From Bacillota bacterium (GTDB taxonomy: Bacteria; Bacillota; Sulfobacillia; JAJYWN01; JAJZPE01): 64,000 nucleotides of DNA. Positions 35,675-46,604 of the stretch are shown here, piece by piece. The stretch lies in assembly GCA_021811325.1 (NCBI GenBank), contig JAJZPE010000001.1, positions 9,049 through 73,048 of the forward strand, in the 5' to 3' direction. Under the pieces are notes generated by a model that was given only the letters and a program-made list of their open reading frames with translations, searched no databases and had not been told where the DNA came from. Each line of letters begins with the position of its first letter. Positions within the stretch are counted from its first letter, which is position 1. The translations under genes were made by a program, and so were the position numbers.

Positions 35675-36019
35675 ATGGCCCGCAAGGATCGTGGTAATCG
35701 CGGTTTTGAGAACATAACGACGGCCGGCAACCTCGGCCCGCTCGACCTCAACCGCTTTCAGTACGAGGTGGCCAACGAGATCGGCCTCGACACCAAGCGG
35801 CTGAGCCGGCAGAAAGTCAACCAGCTGGAGTCGAGCGTCCACGACGAGGGTGGCTTCAGCGAGGGCGCCGGAGCCGGTACGCAGGCCGGACCGGGGACAA
35901 GCGCCGGACAGGCCGGGACGACGGCCCGGACGGCGACCGGGGCCGGAGGGGCGTCCGGCGAGACCAAGTCTGCCGGCTCGACCTCGGGGACCGGCAAGAA
36001 GACCTCGCCGAAGAGTTAG
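35675..36019 (+). CDS. small spore-protein-like protein (alpha/beta-type SASP-like N-terminal motif plus Gly/Ser/Thr/Ala-rich low-complexity tail)
   Basis: GGAGGTG RBS; 'NRFQYEVANEIGLDTKRLSRQKVNQ' resembles the conserved 'KYEIASEFGV' germination-protease site region of alpha/beta SASPs, but the second SASP box is absent; C-terminal 60 aa 'GAGAGTQAGPGTSAGQAGTTARTATGAGGASGETKSAGSTSGTGKKTSPKS'. Confidence 0.45.
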   Translation: MARKDRGNRGFENITTAGNLGPLDLNRFQYEVANEIGLDTKRLSRQKVNQLESSVHDEGGFSEGAGAGTQAGPGTSAGQAGTTARTATGAGGASGETKSAGSTSGTGKKTSPKS

Positions 36020-36114
36020 GACCCGGCGCGGAAGCAACGGCAAGGATCATCGCTGGACACGGAAAGGGCGCATGCACAGGCATGCGCCCTTTCGTTGTCG
36101 TCCGGTATCTTCCG

Positions 36115-37331
36115 CTAGAACCCGCCGCAGCGCCCGCACTGGGCGCAGGCTGAAGTCGAGTCGAGATAGACCCGGCGGTTCTGGAGCAAGGCGTTGACCG
36201 AGGCCCGGCGAGTCAGAGTGATTGGCAACCACGAGGCCACGTAGAGCAAGGCCAGACTGAGCACGGCGGCCGTGACGACCGACCCGGCGGAGGCCAGGAA
36301 GCTGCTGGCTGTGTAGCGGTTGAAGGCCCGGATGAGGACGCCCGAGGCGATCATCCCGGCGAGGAGCCCGATGACGGCCATCAGCGTCCCCTCGAGAAGG
36401 AGGTAGGCCTGCAGGTCGTCGTTGTCGAAGCCGAGCGCCTTGAGCACGCCCAGCGGCCGCTTGCGCTGCAGGAAGGACAGGAGGATGACGTTCAACACGC
36501 CAAGCGTGGCGAAGATGTAGGCCAAAAGGACGGCCAACCGGCCCGAGGAGAAGACACCGCCGACGAGGCTGCGGGCCATGGTCTCCGGACTGCGGGCGGT
36601 GACCACGCGCAGCCCGGCGGTGGCCGCGCCCGACCCAGTCAGGTTCTCCACGAAGCGCTGGACCTTGAAGACGTTGTCGGCTTCGTCGGCCTGGACGACG
36701 GCCACGTTCGGCTCCAGGGCGAAGGCCGTCATCAACCCATCGGCGGCCATCAGCGCCTGCCCGGCGAAGTACCCGAAGCGGCTCTGGCCGAGTCCGACCA
36801 CGACGGCTTGGGCGCCGGTCACCTGGCCATCCGCCACGCGGCTGAGGCCGACCACGTCGCCGGGCTTCAGTCCGGCCCGGGCGGCCGTCTCGGCGGGGAG
36901 CATGATCTCCCCGGCCGCGGCCGGAGCGCGCCCGGCGGTCAGAGTCACCTGGTTGGAAGCCAGGAGGGCCGGGTCGAGGCCAAGGACATCGGTCTCCCCA
37001 AAGGTCGTCAGCAGGCGGGCGGAGACCGCCGGCCTGACCGTGCGGACGTCGGCCTGGCGGGCGAGGGCCGTGAGGACGCCTCCCCCGAGAGGCGCGGTCG
37101 AACGGACGACCAGATCGCCCGGGAGGTCGAGTGGCTTGACCCGGCGGGCCACCGCCTGCTGGGTCGCCGCGAAGTAGGCCGAGAAGAGGATGAAGACGGT
37201 CACCGAGAGGGCCACCGCCAGGGCGATGAGGCCGTTCCCGGTCCACCGCGTCCGGAGCGACCGGAGGGCCAGCGGTCGGACCACCCGCAGGCGTTCCCAG
37301 TTGGCCCGGAGGTTCGACCCGGGGCCGACCA

Positions 37332-37335
<4 letters not shown>
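36115..37335 (-). CDS. ABC transporter permease, FtsX-like family, with C-terminal Cys-rich tail
   Basis: FtsX-type 4-TM architecture with a large extracytoplasmic loop ('...LLAYIFATLGVLNVILLSFLQRKRPLGVLKALGF...'). The C-terminus is 'STSACAQCGRCGGF'. ATG overlaps the ATPase stop. Confidence 0.85.
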
Positions 37336-38112
<777 letters not shown>

Positions 38113-38120
<8 letters not shown>

Positions 38121-39630
38121 GGCGCAACACCTCCGCAGTGGTCGAACGGGCCGCCTCCCAGGCCGGCAAGAGCCCGAAGAGGACGGCGACCAGCACCGAC
38201 AGGCCGACGACCTCGGCCGTGGCGGCCAACGTGGACAACCCGGCCTCGGCCAGGCTGACCTTGGAGAAGAAGAGGAGGAAGGTCACCCCGAGCTGGATGA
38301 GCAGGAAGCCGGCCAGAGAACCGATGACGGCGAGACCAATGACCTCCGAAAGGATGAGGGTGAAGACCTCGCGGCTGGAAGCCCCGATGGCTCTGAGGAT
38401 GCCAATCTCCTGCCGCCGCTGGGCGGTAAGGATGAACATGTTCGTGGCCACGAGGAGCCCGGCGATGGCGAAGGAGAGGACGATGAAGGTCCGCGAGAGG
38501 TCGGCGGGCAGGACCATCTGCTGGTCGCGCCCGCGCTCGTAGCGGATGTCGCCCGAGTCGGTCTGGATGGCCCGGACCCCTTCACCGGCCAGCCGGACCA
38601 GGTTGGGCACGGTATAGACGCCGAAATTCGGGAAGGCCTGCTGCAGTTCGGCCGCGGTCTGCTTGGCCAGGTACATCGAGTTGAGGGAAATCCCCACCTG
38701 GTCGGCCCGGGTCTGGGCGGTCCCGCCCAGTTCCCGGTACACCCCCGCCAGGGCCTGGCTGGGGACCAGAATATCCGGGACGTCCCAGTAGGTCGGGACG
38801 ATGACCGACCGTCCCTCTTGTCCGTCAACGACGGGCAGGCCCTCCTCCGTCCGGAGCGGGCTGCTCCCGGTGGGGATCTGGTAGTGGCCGACGACGGTGA
38901 AGGTGAAGGCCCGGAGGTCCGACCAGTCATAGACCGGGCGGCCGGCCACCTCCCGGCGGACGGCCGGGAAGAAGAGCTTCATCTGAGAACCGACGGGTAT
39001 CTGGGGATGCGCCTTGGACCGCGCGTCCACCAGGGCGAACCGTTGGGGTGACTGGTGCGGGCTGCCCTCGTCGACAGGGACCAGGGCCCGCCCCCCGGCG
39101 ATGGGCGGTCCTCCGCCCCAAGACTTGGCGGCCAGGACGTCCTCTCCCCGCACCGGCACACGGTAAAAACGGGGAACCGCGTCCCCCTCACCCTGGGCCG
39201 AGAGCATGGCCGGGATGGTGAAGAGGGGGTGGACCCCGGCGATGTTGGCCCTTCCGGCCAAGGCTTGGCGCAAAGCCGCCAGGTCGATGTCGGGGTCGCC
39301 CCCCGGCGGGGCCAGAAAGCCCTCGTCGGCCAACCGGGGTTCGAGGGACAAGAGGTCGCTGCCGAAGGTCGGCTGGTACTTGACCGTCTCCCACTCTTCG
39401 GTGGCCCGCTGGCGCACGGCCCCCGGGTCGACATGGAGCTTCTTCGGGTAGATGACCACGTCGGCCTGCATGAAGCGACGGTAGTCCAGGAAGGCCGGAT
39501 TGACGTAGCCGGTCCGCATGGAGATTGACCCGGTCATGATGGCCGCGGCGATAGCCATCCCGAGGATTGCCAGCAGGCTGCGGTTGGCGTTCTTGAGCAC
39601 GTTCTTCAACGCCAGCCGGAAGATGATCAC
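38113..39630 (-). CDS. ABC transporter permease, FtsX-like family (large extracellular domain)
   Basis: N-terminal TM 'LLAILGMAIAAAIMTGSI', ~300-aa extracytoplasmic domain, C-terminal FtsX 3-TM bundle 'ILRAIGASSREVFTLILSEVIGLAVIGSLAGFLL'. Confidence 0.88.
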
Positions 39631-39726
39631 GGGTTAACCCCCCTGGGTAAGGCTACGGTGCCCGGCGCAAGCCGTATTACGGCAGGGGGGCGGGGAAAGT
39701 TTCGGGGCGAACGGGCTCAGGACGCT

Positions 39727-40635
39727 TCACCGCCCGAATGTCTTCTCATAGAGCCGCCCGTACCACGGTCTCTGGTCCTCCGGGTGCCACGCGCGGCCCA
39801 GGGCCTCGAGGGCCTCGGCCTGGTCGGCCGGCAGGCTGAGCTCGATGGCGGTCGCCCGCCCCGACCGGACCTCGCCGGCCAGGTGGCGGAGGAAGCCCAG
39901 GCGCGCCTCGGGGCCGCCCCAAAGGTAGGTCACGAGGAGGGTCGACCGCCCGTCGTACCCCGTCGACGGCGTAACGACAGCCAGGCCGTCCGGCGCCGCC
40001 ACTCCATGGACCAGCACCCGCCCGGCCTCAATCAACCCGGCCAGGGGCTCGCCCGCCGGCTCGAAGGCGTACATCTCGGAGGACTCTTCCTCGCCGGCGA
40101 AGACGCCGGGGCAGGAGCACACTTCCTGGCTCTCCCGGAAAAGCCCGTCGAGGGCCGGGGCGTCGTCCCCCACCGCCACCCTGACCCCGGTGGCTTGCCC
40201 ATCCGGCGGGAGCGTCAGCGACAAGCTATCCCACCATGTGGCCCAGCGCCCGCGCAACGTGAAACCGAGCTTCTCGCCGGCCAGGCGGTGCACGGCCCGG
40301 TTGTCCTCGGCCGTCAGGAGCCGCACCACCCTGGCCCCGAGGCGCTTCGCCTGGTCCACCTGGAAGCGCGTGAACTCCGTGCCCACGCCCTGCCCCTGCA
40401 CCTCCGGGTGGACCCGCATCGTCCGCAGGAAGGCCTGGCCCGGTCGAATGAAGGTGATGCTGGCCAGGGCCAGGAGGCGCCCGCTTTCGTCCTCGGTCAG
40501 GTAGAAGCCGCCGGGACGCTCCTTCATGTAGCCGTCGATCACCCAACGCAGGTAGTCATCGGGGTCGACGGACGCCGCCAAGGCCAGCATGGCCGGTTTG
40601 TCGTCGTCTGTGGCCCGTCTGAAAGTGAGCTTCAA
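39727..40635 (-). CDS. GNAT-family N-acetyltransferase with additional C-terminal domain
   Basis: 'HPEVQGQGVGTEFTRFQVDQAKRLGARVVRLLT' acetyl-CoA-binding motif. The likely start is TTG 40635 with an AAGGTGG RBS (the table ORF starts at 40722). The C-terminal ~150 aa may be a second, degenerate GNAT-like domain. Confidence 0.75.
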   Translation of the reverse strand: MKLTFRRATDDDKPAMLALAASVDPDDYLRWVIDGYMKERPGGFYLTEDESGRLLALASITFIRPGQAFLRTMRVHPEVQGQGVGTEFTRFQVDQAKRLGARVVRLLTAEDNRAVHRLAGEKLGFTLRGRWATWWDSLSLTLPPDGQATGVRVAVGDDAPALDGLFRESQEVCSCPGVFAGEEESSEMYAFEPAGEPLAGLIEAGRVLVHGVAAPDGLAVVTPSTGYDGRSTLLVTYLWGGPEARLGFLRHLAGEVRSGRATAIELSLPADQAEALEALGRAWHPEDQRPWYGRLYEKTFGR

Positions 40636-40859
40636 CAGGTGGCCACCTTTCTCATCGCCCGGCCGGTGACCGCCGCCGCCCTCATTGGATGCGGCCCGTC
40701 CAGGCCGGGCGCAATCACCCACCAGTTCAACTTGGGCAGGCTAAAGTCCTCTGCTATAGAACAGCAGGAAACGACTGACCGACCGAAGAAGTCAGGGAGG
40801 ACGTCGCCGGCCGGCACGCCGGTGACGGTTGCAAAGCGGGAGGGGGTTTCAGTCAGCCG

Positions 40860-42236
40860 ATGAAGACCATGCTCACCGAAGCGGTCCGCGGCAAGGACGC
40901 CGATTACCTCGAAATCCGGCTCGAAGAGAGCCATGTCACCAGGATCCTGTTCCGTGGGCCGACCCTCGACAACGTCGGGCAGTCGGTCGTTTACGGCGGG
41001 AACATCCGGGCCCTGGTCGACGGCGGCTGGGGGTTCGTCTCCTTCAATCGTCTCGAGGACCTCGAGGCCAAGGTCGACCTGGCCATCCGTCAGGCCCGGC
41101 TCATCGGGCGGGCCCGCGGCGAACAGAGCAAGCTGGCCCCCGCTCCGGTCGTCCAGGATGTCGTGAAGCTCAAGCCCGGCGCCGACCCGCGCGAGGTGCC
41201 GCTGGAGAAGAAGATGTCCGTCCTGGACGAGTACAACCGGGCCATCCTGAGTTTCGGCGGGCCAATCAAGAGCTCGGCCGTCAGCTATCAGGACCGTTAC
41301 TCCAAACTCCACTTCGCCAACTCCGAGGGGACGTACATCGAACAGGAGAAGGGCGACATTGGGGGCAACCTCTCGGCGGTCGCCGTCCAGGGCGCCCAGA
41401 CCCAGGTGTCGACCATCGGCTTCGGCGGTTCGAAGGGCTTCAACGTCGCCCTGGGCCTCGAAGACAAGGTCCTCGCGGCCGCCCGGACGGCGGCCGACCT
41501 GATCAAGGCCGAACCGATCAAGGGCGGCGAATATACGGTCGTCACCGACCCCATCCTGACGGGCATCTTCGCCCATGAGGCTTTCGGCCATCTCTCCGAA
41601 GGGGACAATGTCTACGAAGACAAGAACCTGCAGAAGGTGATGACCCTCGGGACCAAGTTCGGCGAGAACATCCTGAACATCTACGACACGGGTTTCGACG
41701 AGGGCGCCCGGGGCTACCTGAAATACGACGACGAGGGCGTGCCGACCGAGAAGACCTATCTCATCAAAGAAGGCGTGTTGGTCGGCCGGCTGCACTCGCG
41801 GGAGACGGCCGGCAAGATGGGCGAGCGCCCGACCGGCAACGCCCGGGCCATCGACTACCGCTTCCCGCCCATCTGCCGCATGCGCAACACCTGCATCGAG
41901 CGGGGCGAGGCGTCCTTCGAGGACATGCTCAAGGGGGTCAAGCTCGGCGTCTACGCGGTCAAAGCCTACGGCGGCCAGACCAACGGGGAGATGTTCACCT
42001 TCACCGCCGGCGAGGCCTACATGATCCGCGACGGCCGCCTGGCCGAGCTGGTCCGGGACGTCACCCTGACCGGCAACGTCTTCACGACCTTGAAACACAT
42101 CGACCTGGTCGGCTCGGACTTCGAGACCCACGAGTCCGGCGGCGGCTGCGGCAAAGGCGCCCAGTCACCCTTGCCGACCAGCGAGTGGGCCCCGCACATG
42201 CGGATCCAGAAAGTCGTCATCGGGGGGAGGGGTTGA
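40860..42236 (+). CDS. tldD: metalloprotease TldD
   Basis: 'HEAFGH' zinc motif, TldD/PmbA-family full-length similarity (458 aa). Confidence 0.92.
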   Translation: MKTMLTEAVRGKDADYLEIRLEESHVTRILFRGPTLDNVGQSVVYGGNIRALVDGGWGFVSFNRLEDLEAKVDLAIRQARLIGRARGEQSKLAPAPVVQDVVKLKPGADPREVPLEKKMSVLDEYNRAILSFGGPIKSSAVSYQDRYSKLHFANSEGTYIEQEKGDIGGNLSAVAVQGAQTQVSTIGFGGSKGFNVALGLEDKVLAAARTAADLIKAEPIKGGEYTVVTDPILTGIFAHEAFGHLSEGDNVYEDKNLQKVMTLGTKFGENILNIYDTGFDEGARGYLKYDDEGVPTEKTYLIKEGVLVGRLHSRETAGKMGERPTGNARAIDYRFPPICRMRNTCIERGEASFEDMLKGVKLGVYAVKAYGGQTNGEMFTFTAGEAYMIRDGRLAELVRDVTLTGNVFTTLKHIDLVGSDFETHESGGGCGKGAQSPLPTSEWAPHMRIQKVVIGGRG

Positions 42237-42237
42237 C

Positions 42238-43554
42238 GTGAGCGCCGGCCTTGAAGAACTGCTCGGAAAGGCGCGCAAGGCCGCCGACGCAGCCGAGGTC
42301 TACTGGCGGCGGGTCTCCAGCACCCCCGTCGGCTTCGAGAACAACAAGCTGAAGGAGATTCAGACCAACGCCACCTTCGGCGTCGCCCTGCGGGTCATCA
42401 AAGGCGGCCGGATCGGCTTTTCCACGACGAACAAGGAGGGCGACTGGGACACCCTGGTCGACAACGCCGTGGCCGCCAGCGCCTATGGAGCTCCCGCCTC
42501 CTTCGAGTTCGCCCCCGCGTCCACGCCCACCGGCGTGGATGTCTACGACGCCGACGTCGTCGCCCTGCCCGTGGAGGACATGGTCGACACCGGCCGGACC
42601 ATCGTCGAGGCGGTCAACGCCGCCGACCCGCAGGTCCTGACGGGGGTCGAGGTGTCGCGCGCGGTCCGGGAGGCCGGGGTCATGACCACCCCGGGCTTCT
42701 CCGGCACCTACCGGCGCACCGAGTACCACGTCTTCGTCTTCGCCCACCTCGTCGAGGGACAGAACATGCTCGACGTCTACGACGGCGATGGCCTGACCGG
42801 CCTGAAGCTGGATACCAAGGGACTGACCGAGCGGGTCATCCACGACCTGCGGCTGGGGCGGACCAACGTGCCCATCAAGTCCGGCCGCTTCACGGCCATC
42901 CTCACCCCGAACGCCGTCGCCGACCTGCTCGGGCCGTTCCAGGCCGGCCTCGACGGGAAGGCCGTGGAACGCGGCATCTCGCCGTGGCGGGACAAGCTCG
43001 GCCAGCCGCTCTTCAGCCCGTCGTTCAGCCTCCACGACGACACGACCCTGCCGGGCCTGGCTTCATCGGCGGCCTTCGACGACGAGGGCGTCCCGACCAG
43101 GCGCACGGCCCTCGTCGACCGCGGCCAGCTCGTCTCGTTCTACCTCGACCGGCGCACGGCTAAGGCCCTCGGCCACAAGCCCACGGGCAACGGCTGGCGC
43201 CACGGGCTGGAGACGCCCCCGGCGCCGAGCCTCGGCCACTGGGTCGTCGCCCCCGGCCGTGATTCCCTGGCCTCGATGATCAAGGGCGTGCGCGACGGCG
43301 TCCTGGTCGACCACCTGATGGGCGCCTGGGCCGGCAACCTCTTGGCCGGCGAGGTCAATGGCAACGTCATGCTCGGCTTCAAGATCGAGAACGGGGAGTT
43401 GACCGGGAGGGTCAAGGACTGCATGTTCTCGGTCAACGCCTTCGAGGCCCTCAGCCGGCAGATCATCGGCTTCTCCAAGGAGACCAAGCACTCCCACATC
43501 GGCACTCTTCCCTGGCTCGCCTTGGATGGCGTGACCATCAGCGCCAAGTCCTGA
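42238..43554 (+). CDS. pmbA: metalloprotease PmbA/TldE (TldD partner subunit)
   Basis: TldD/PmbA family fold without the HExxxH motif; GTG start immediately after tldD stop (coupled). Confidence 0.88.
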   Translation: MSAGLEELLGKARKAADAAEVYWRRVSSTPVGFENNKLKEIQTNATFGVALRVIKGGRIGFSTTNKEGDWDTLVDNAVAASAYGAPASFEFAPASTPTGVDVYDADVVALPVEDMVDTGRTIVEAVNAADPQVLTGVEVSRAVREAGVMTTPGFSGTYRRTEYHVFVFAHLVEGQNMLDVYDGDGLTGLKLDTKGLTERVIHDLRLGRTNVPIKSGRFTAILTPNAVADLLGPFQAGLDGKAVERGISPWRDKLGQPLFSPSFSLHDDTTLPGLASSAAFDDEGVPTRRTALVDRGQLVSFYLDRRTAKALGHKPTGNGWRHGLETPPAPSLGHWVVAPGRDSLASMIKGVRDGVLVDHLMGAWAGNLLAGEVNGNVMLGFKIENGELTGRVKDCMFSVNAFEALSRQIIGFSKETKHSHIGTLPWLALDGVTISAKS

Positions 43555-43611
43555 CCGTTCCCCGCCCGCTGTCCCTGACCCTTCCCCACCGGCCCGTCCC
43601 GAACGCCGACA

Positions 43612-43644
43612 GACGAGGCGCCTCGCTCGCGCCTCGTCTTTTTA
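43612..43644 (+). terminator. rho-independent terminator after tldD-pmbA
   Basis: 'GACGAGGCGCctcgctcGCGCCTCGTC' followed by TTTTT: a 10-bp GC stem with a 7-nt loop and U-tract. Confidence 0.85.
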
Positions 43645-43741
43645 TGCCTGCCTGGCGCATGTTTGTCCACTCCGTATAAAGCCTGTCGGTGGGCATAATA
43701 TCTTGCCGTAGGGTAGGATTCCCCCGGGGGGCTTTGCCGGC

Positions 43742-45313
43742 ATGAGACTGGTTGACCTTTGCCAAGCGATTGGCCCGGATGGCTGGCAAGTCTACGGTGA
43801 CGCGGGCGTTGAGATAACGGGGATAACCAATGACTCTCGCAAAGTCACCCCGGGGGACCTCTTTGTCTGCATCCACGGCTTCAAGAAAGACGGCCACACC
43901 TACATCGGCGAGGCCCTGGACCGCGGCGCCAGGGCGGTGGCCGTGCAACGGCCGGCATCCGGCACGCCCGAGGAGACGGCCCTCCGTCTGTCAATGGAGT
44001 ATGGCGAGGACCCGCTCTACCCGTCGGCTGAGACCCGTGTCCTGCCACGGGTCGAGGTCACCGACTCCCGCCGGGCCCTGGCCCTTATGGCGACGGCCCT
44101 CTACAACCACCCGACGGACCGCCTGCGGGTGGTCGGGGTCACCGGGACCAACGGCAAGACCACCACCGCCTTCCTCCTCGAGTCCCTCTACGCGGCGGCC
44201 GGCAAGGTCAGCGGGCTCATCGGCACCATCTTCAACCGCATCGCCGGGCGCGTCGTCGAAGCCCAGCGGACCACGCCCGAATCCGTTGAATTGCAGCGGC
44301 TCCTCCGCCTGATGGTCGACGAAGGGGTCACCCACGTGGCCATGGAGGTCTCGTCACACGCGTTGGAGCTATCGCGGGTCGTCGGGTGCGAGTTCGACGT
44401 GGCCGTCATGACCAACGTCACCCGCGACCACTTCGACTTCCACGGGACCTTCGAGCGCTACCTGGCGGCCAAGGCCAGGCTCTTTGCGGACCTCGGCCGG
44501 GACGCGCGCAAGTCGGGTCCCAAGGCGGCCGTCCTGAATATCGACGACCCGTCGGCCGAGTTGATGGCCGCAAAGACCACCGCCCAGATCATCACCTTCG
44601 GCCTCGACCGGCCGGCCGACGTGACGGCCAGGAACGTCCGGCCGCACCTCTTCGGCAACTCCTACGTCATCTCCACGCCGGTCGGCGAAGTCCAGGTGGA
44701 CTCGCGCCTCCCCGGGCGCTTCAACATCTACAACGCTCTGGCGATGACGGCCGTCGCCCTCATCGACGGGATCGACCTGTCCGTGGTCAAGCGGGCCATC
44801 GAGTCCTTGACCGGGGTGCCGGGACGTTTCGAGATCATCGATTGCGGCCAGCCGTTCACCGTGGTCGTTGACTTCGCCCACAACCCCGACGCCCTCCAGA
44901 AGGTCCTCGAGGCAGCCAGGGAGCAGCCCCACGGGCGGACCATCGTCGTCTTCGGGTGTGAAGGCGACAAGGACCGCACCAAGCGGCCATACATGGGCGA
45001 CATCGGCGTGCGTCTGGCCGACTTTGCCATCATCACCTCCGACAACGTCCACTCCGAGGACCCGGCGGCGATCATCGCCGAGATCGAGAAGGGCATCGAC
45101 CCGGGGCTCGAAGACAAGTATATGGTCGTCGTCGACCGCTACGAGGCCATCCGTGAGGCCCTGGCCCGGGCCGGCCCCGGCGACATGGTCGTCATCGCCG
45201 GCAAGGGGCACGAGACCGCCCAGGTCTTCAACGGGTGGGAACGCCCTTTCGACGACCGCACCGTCGTCCGCGAACTGCTGGCGGCGGCGGTCAAGGGAGA
45301 AAGGGCACCCTGA
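43742..45313 (+). CDS. murE: UDP-N-acetylmuramoyl-L-alanyl-D-glutamate--2,6-diaminopimelate ligase MurE
   Basis: 'VVGVTGTNGKTTTAFLL' P-loop, Mur ligase middle and C-terminal domains, 'DNVHSEDP' DAP-specificity-region analogue; 523 aa. Confidence 0.92.
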   Translation: MRLVDLCQAIGPDGWQVYGDAGVEITGITNDSRKVTPGDLFVCIHGFKKDGHTYIGEALDRGARAVAVQRPASGTPEETALRLSMEYGEDPLYPSAETRVLPRVEVTDSRRALALMATALYNHPTDRLRVVGVTGTNGKTTTAFLLESLYAAAGKVSGLIGTIFNRIAGRVVEAQRTTPESVELQRLLRLMVDEGVTHVAMEVSSHALELSRVVGCEFDVAVMTNVTRDHFDFHGTFERYLAAKARLFADLGRDARKSGPKAAVLNIDDPSAELMAAKTTAQIITFGLDRPADVTARNVRPHLFGNSYVISTPVGEVQVDSRLPGRFNIYNALAMTAVALIDGIDLSVVKRAIESLTGVPGRFEIIDCGQPFTVVVDFAHNPDALQKVLEAAREQPHGRTIVVFGCEGDKDRTKRPYMGDIGVRLADFAIITSDNVHSEDPAAIIAEIEKGIDPGLEDKYMVVVDRYEAIREALARAGPGDMVVIAGKGHETAQVFNGWERPFDDRTVVRELLAAAVKGERAP

Positions 45314-45337
45314 CGCGCCTCGCCGCCGCCGCGTCGC

Positions 45338-45817
45338 CTACCCCTGGTCCAGGTAGACCTCCTCAGTCTCGGGGCTGTAGCCGATGATCTCGGCATAGCG
45401 CCCCCAATCAACGACCGTGTGGACCAGCCGGGCGGCCTCCTCGTCAGGCAGGCGCTCGGCGAACTCGTCGATGAAGAGGCGCCGCGGGGCCCGCCCGTTG
45501 CGGTGCTCGCGAAGGGTCGCCAGGACCCGGGCGAAGACCTTGATCCCGGCGAGCTGCCTGGCAAGGATCTTCTTGCGCTGGTTGACGTCGGCGTCGAGGA
45601 AGCCGCGGCCAAGCGCGGTCAGGGCGACGTCGCCCTCCTCGGCCTCGAGGAGGGCGAGCAGTTCGCCGGCCTCAATGACCGGGAGGATGTCGTCCAGCTC
45701 CAAGTTCAGCGACTCGGATATCCGGAAGACGTCCTCGCGCCCGCCGGCGTCCTCGAGCAGTTCGAGGAACCCCATCACCTCCGACAGGCTGACGTCGGGC
45801 AGCAAGATCAAGTCCAC
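45338..45817 (-). CDS. hypothetical protein, ABC-transporter-associated (resembles the C-terminal 'AAA-associated' domain of NitT/TauT ATPases, here as a separate gene)
   Basis: GTG 45817 with GGGGAGGG RBS. The sequence is 'VDLILLPDVSLSEVMGFLELLEDAGGREDVFRISESLNLELDDILPVIEAGELLALLEAEEGDVALTALGRGFLDADVNQRKKILARQL...'. It sits directly downstream of the ABC ATPase in the same operon. Confidence 0.5.
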   Translation of the reverse strand: MDLILLPDVSLSEVMGFLELLEDAGGREDVFRISESLNLELDDILPVIEAGELLALLEAEEGDVALTALGRGFLDADVNQRKKILARQLAGIKVFARVLATLREHRNGRAPRRLFIDEFAERLPDEEAARLVHTVVDWGRYAEIIGYSPETEEVYLDQG

Positions 45818-45837
45818 GAGCGTTTCCCTCCCCGGGG

Positions 45838-46587
45838 CTAGACGATGAGCGAGTAAACCTGGTCGGTCAGGCGCAGGAAGGCCTCGTCCTTGCGGTTGCG
45901 CGGCCGCGGCAGGTCCACCGGGACGGTGCTGATGACCCGGCCCGGACGGGCGGAAAAGGCGACGATGCGGTCGGCCATGAAGACGGCCTCTTCGATGCCG
46001 TGGGTGACCATGATGATCGAGCTGACCTTGAGGTTCGGGTCTTCCCACAGCGACAGGACCTCCTCCCGGAGGTTCTGGGCGGTCAGGGCGTCGAGGGCCG
46101 AGAACGGTTCGTCCATGCAGAGCAGCCGCGGCTCTACGGCCAGGGCCCGGGCGATGCCGACCCGCTGCTTCATGCCCCCCGAAAGCTCACGCGGGTAGGC
46201 CTCCTCGAAGCCGTCCAGGCCGACCTGGTCGATGTATTTGTCGGCGAACCGCCGGCGCGTCGTTGGGTCCACGCCTCGCGACTCCAATCCCAGCTCCACG
46301 TTCTGGGTCACGGTCAGCCACGGGAAGAGGGCGAAGGACTGGAAGACCACGGCGATGTGCGGGTCGACCCCGGCCACCGGCCGCCCCTCGTAGAGGATGC
46401 GGCCCGAGGTGGGCTGGTCGAGCCCGGCGATCATCCGCAGGAGCGTGCTCTTGCCGCAGCCGGAAGGACCCACGAGGCAGACGAACCGCTCTTCCTCGAC
46501 GTCGAAGGAGACCCGGTCGAGGACCGTGATGGAGCGGCCTTCCTCGGCGTAGACCTTGGTTACGTCCTTGAGCTCGAGCAGGGCCAA
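45838..46587 (-). CDS. ABC transporter ATP-binding protein, NitT/TauT (nitrate/sulfonate/bicarbonate) family
   Basis: Walker A 'GPSGCGKSTLLRMIAGL', signature 'LSGGMKQRVGIARAL', Walker B 'LLCMDEPFSALD'. The likely TTG start at ~46587 has a GAGGTGA RBS. The long table ORF (to 48414) is a frame-merging artefact. Confidence 0.88.
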   Translation of the reverse strand: MALLELKDVTKVYAEEGRSITVLDRVSFDVEEERFVCLVGPSGCGKSTLLRMIAGLDQPTSGRILYEGRPVAGVDPHIAVVFQSFALFPWLTVTQNVELGLESRGVDPTTRRRFADKYIDQVGLDGFEEAYPRELSGGMKQRVGIARALAVEPRLLCMDEPFSALDALTAQNLREEVLSLWEDPNLKVSSIIMVTHGIEEAVFMADRIVAFSARPGRVISTVPVDLPRPRNRKDEAFLRLTDQVYSLIV

Positions 46588-46604
46588 CGAGGTCACCTCG
46601 GGGG

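Noticed and set aside
36047-37246. 399-aa minus-strand ORF overlapping the FtsX permease gene in another frame
   Set aside because: Arg/Gly/Pro-rich nonsense translation; the co-directional frame 36115-37335 encodes a clear FtsX permease.
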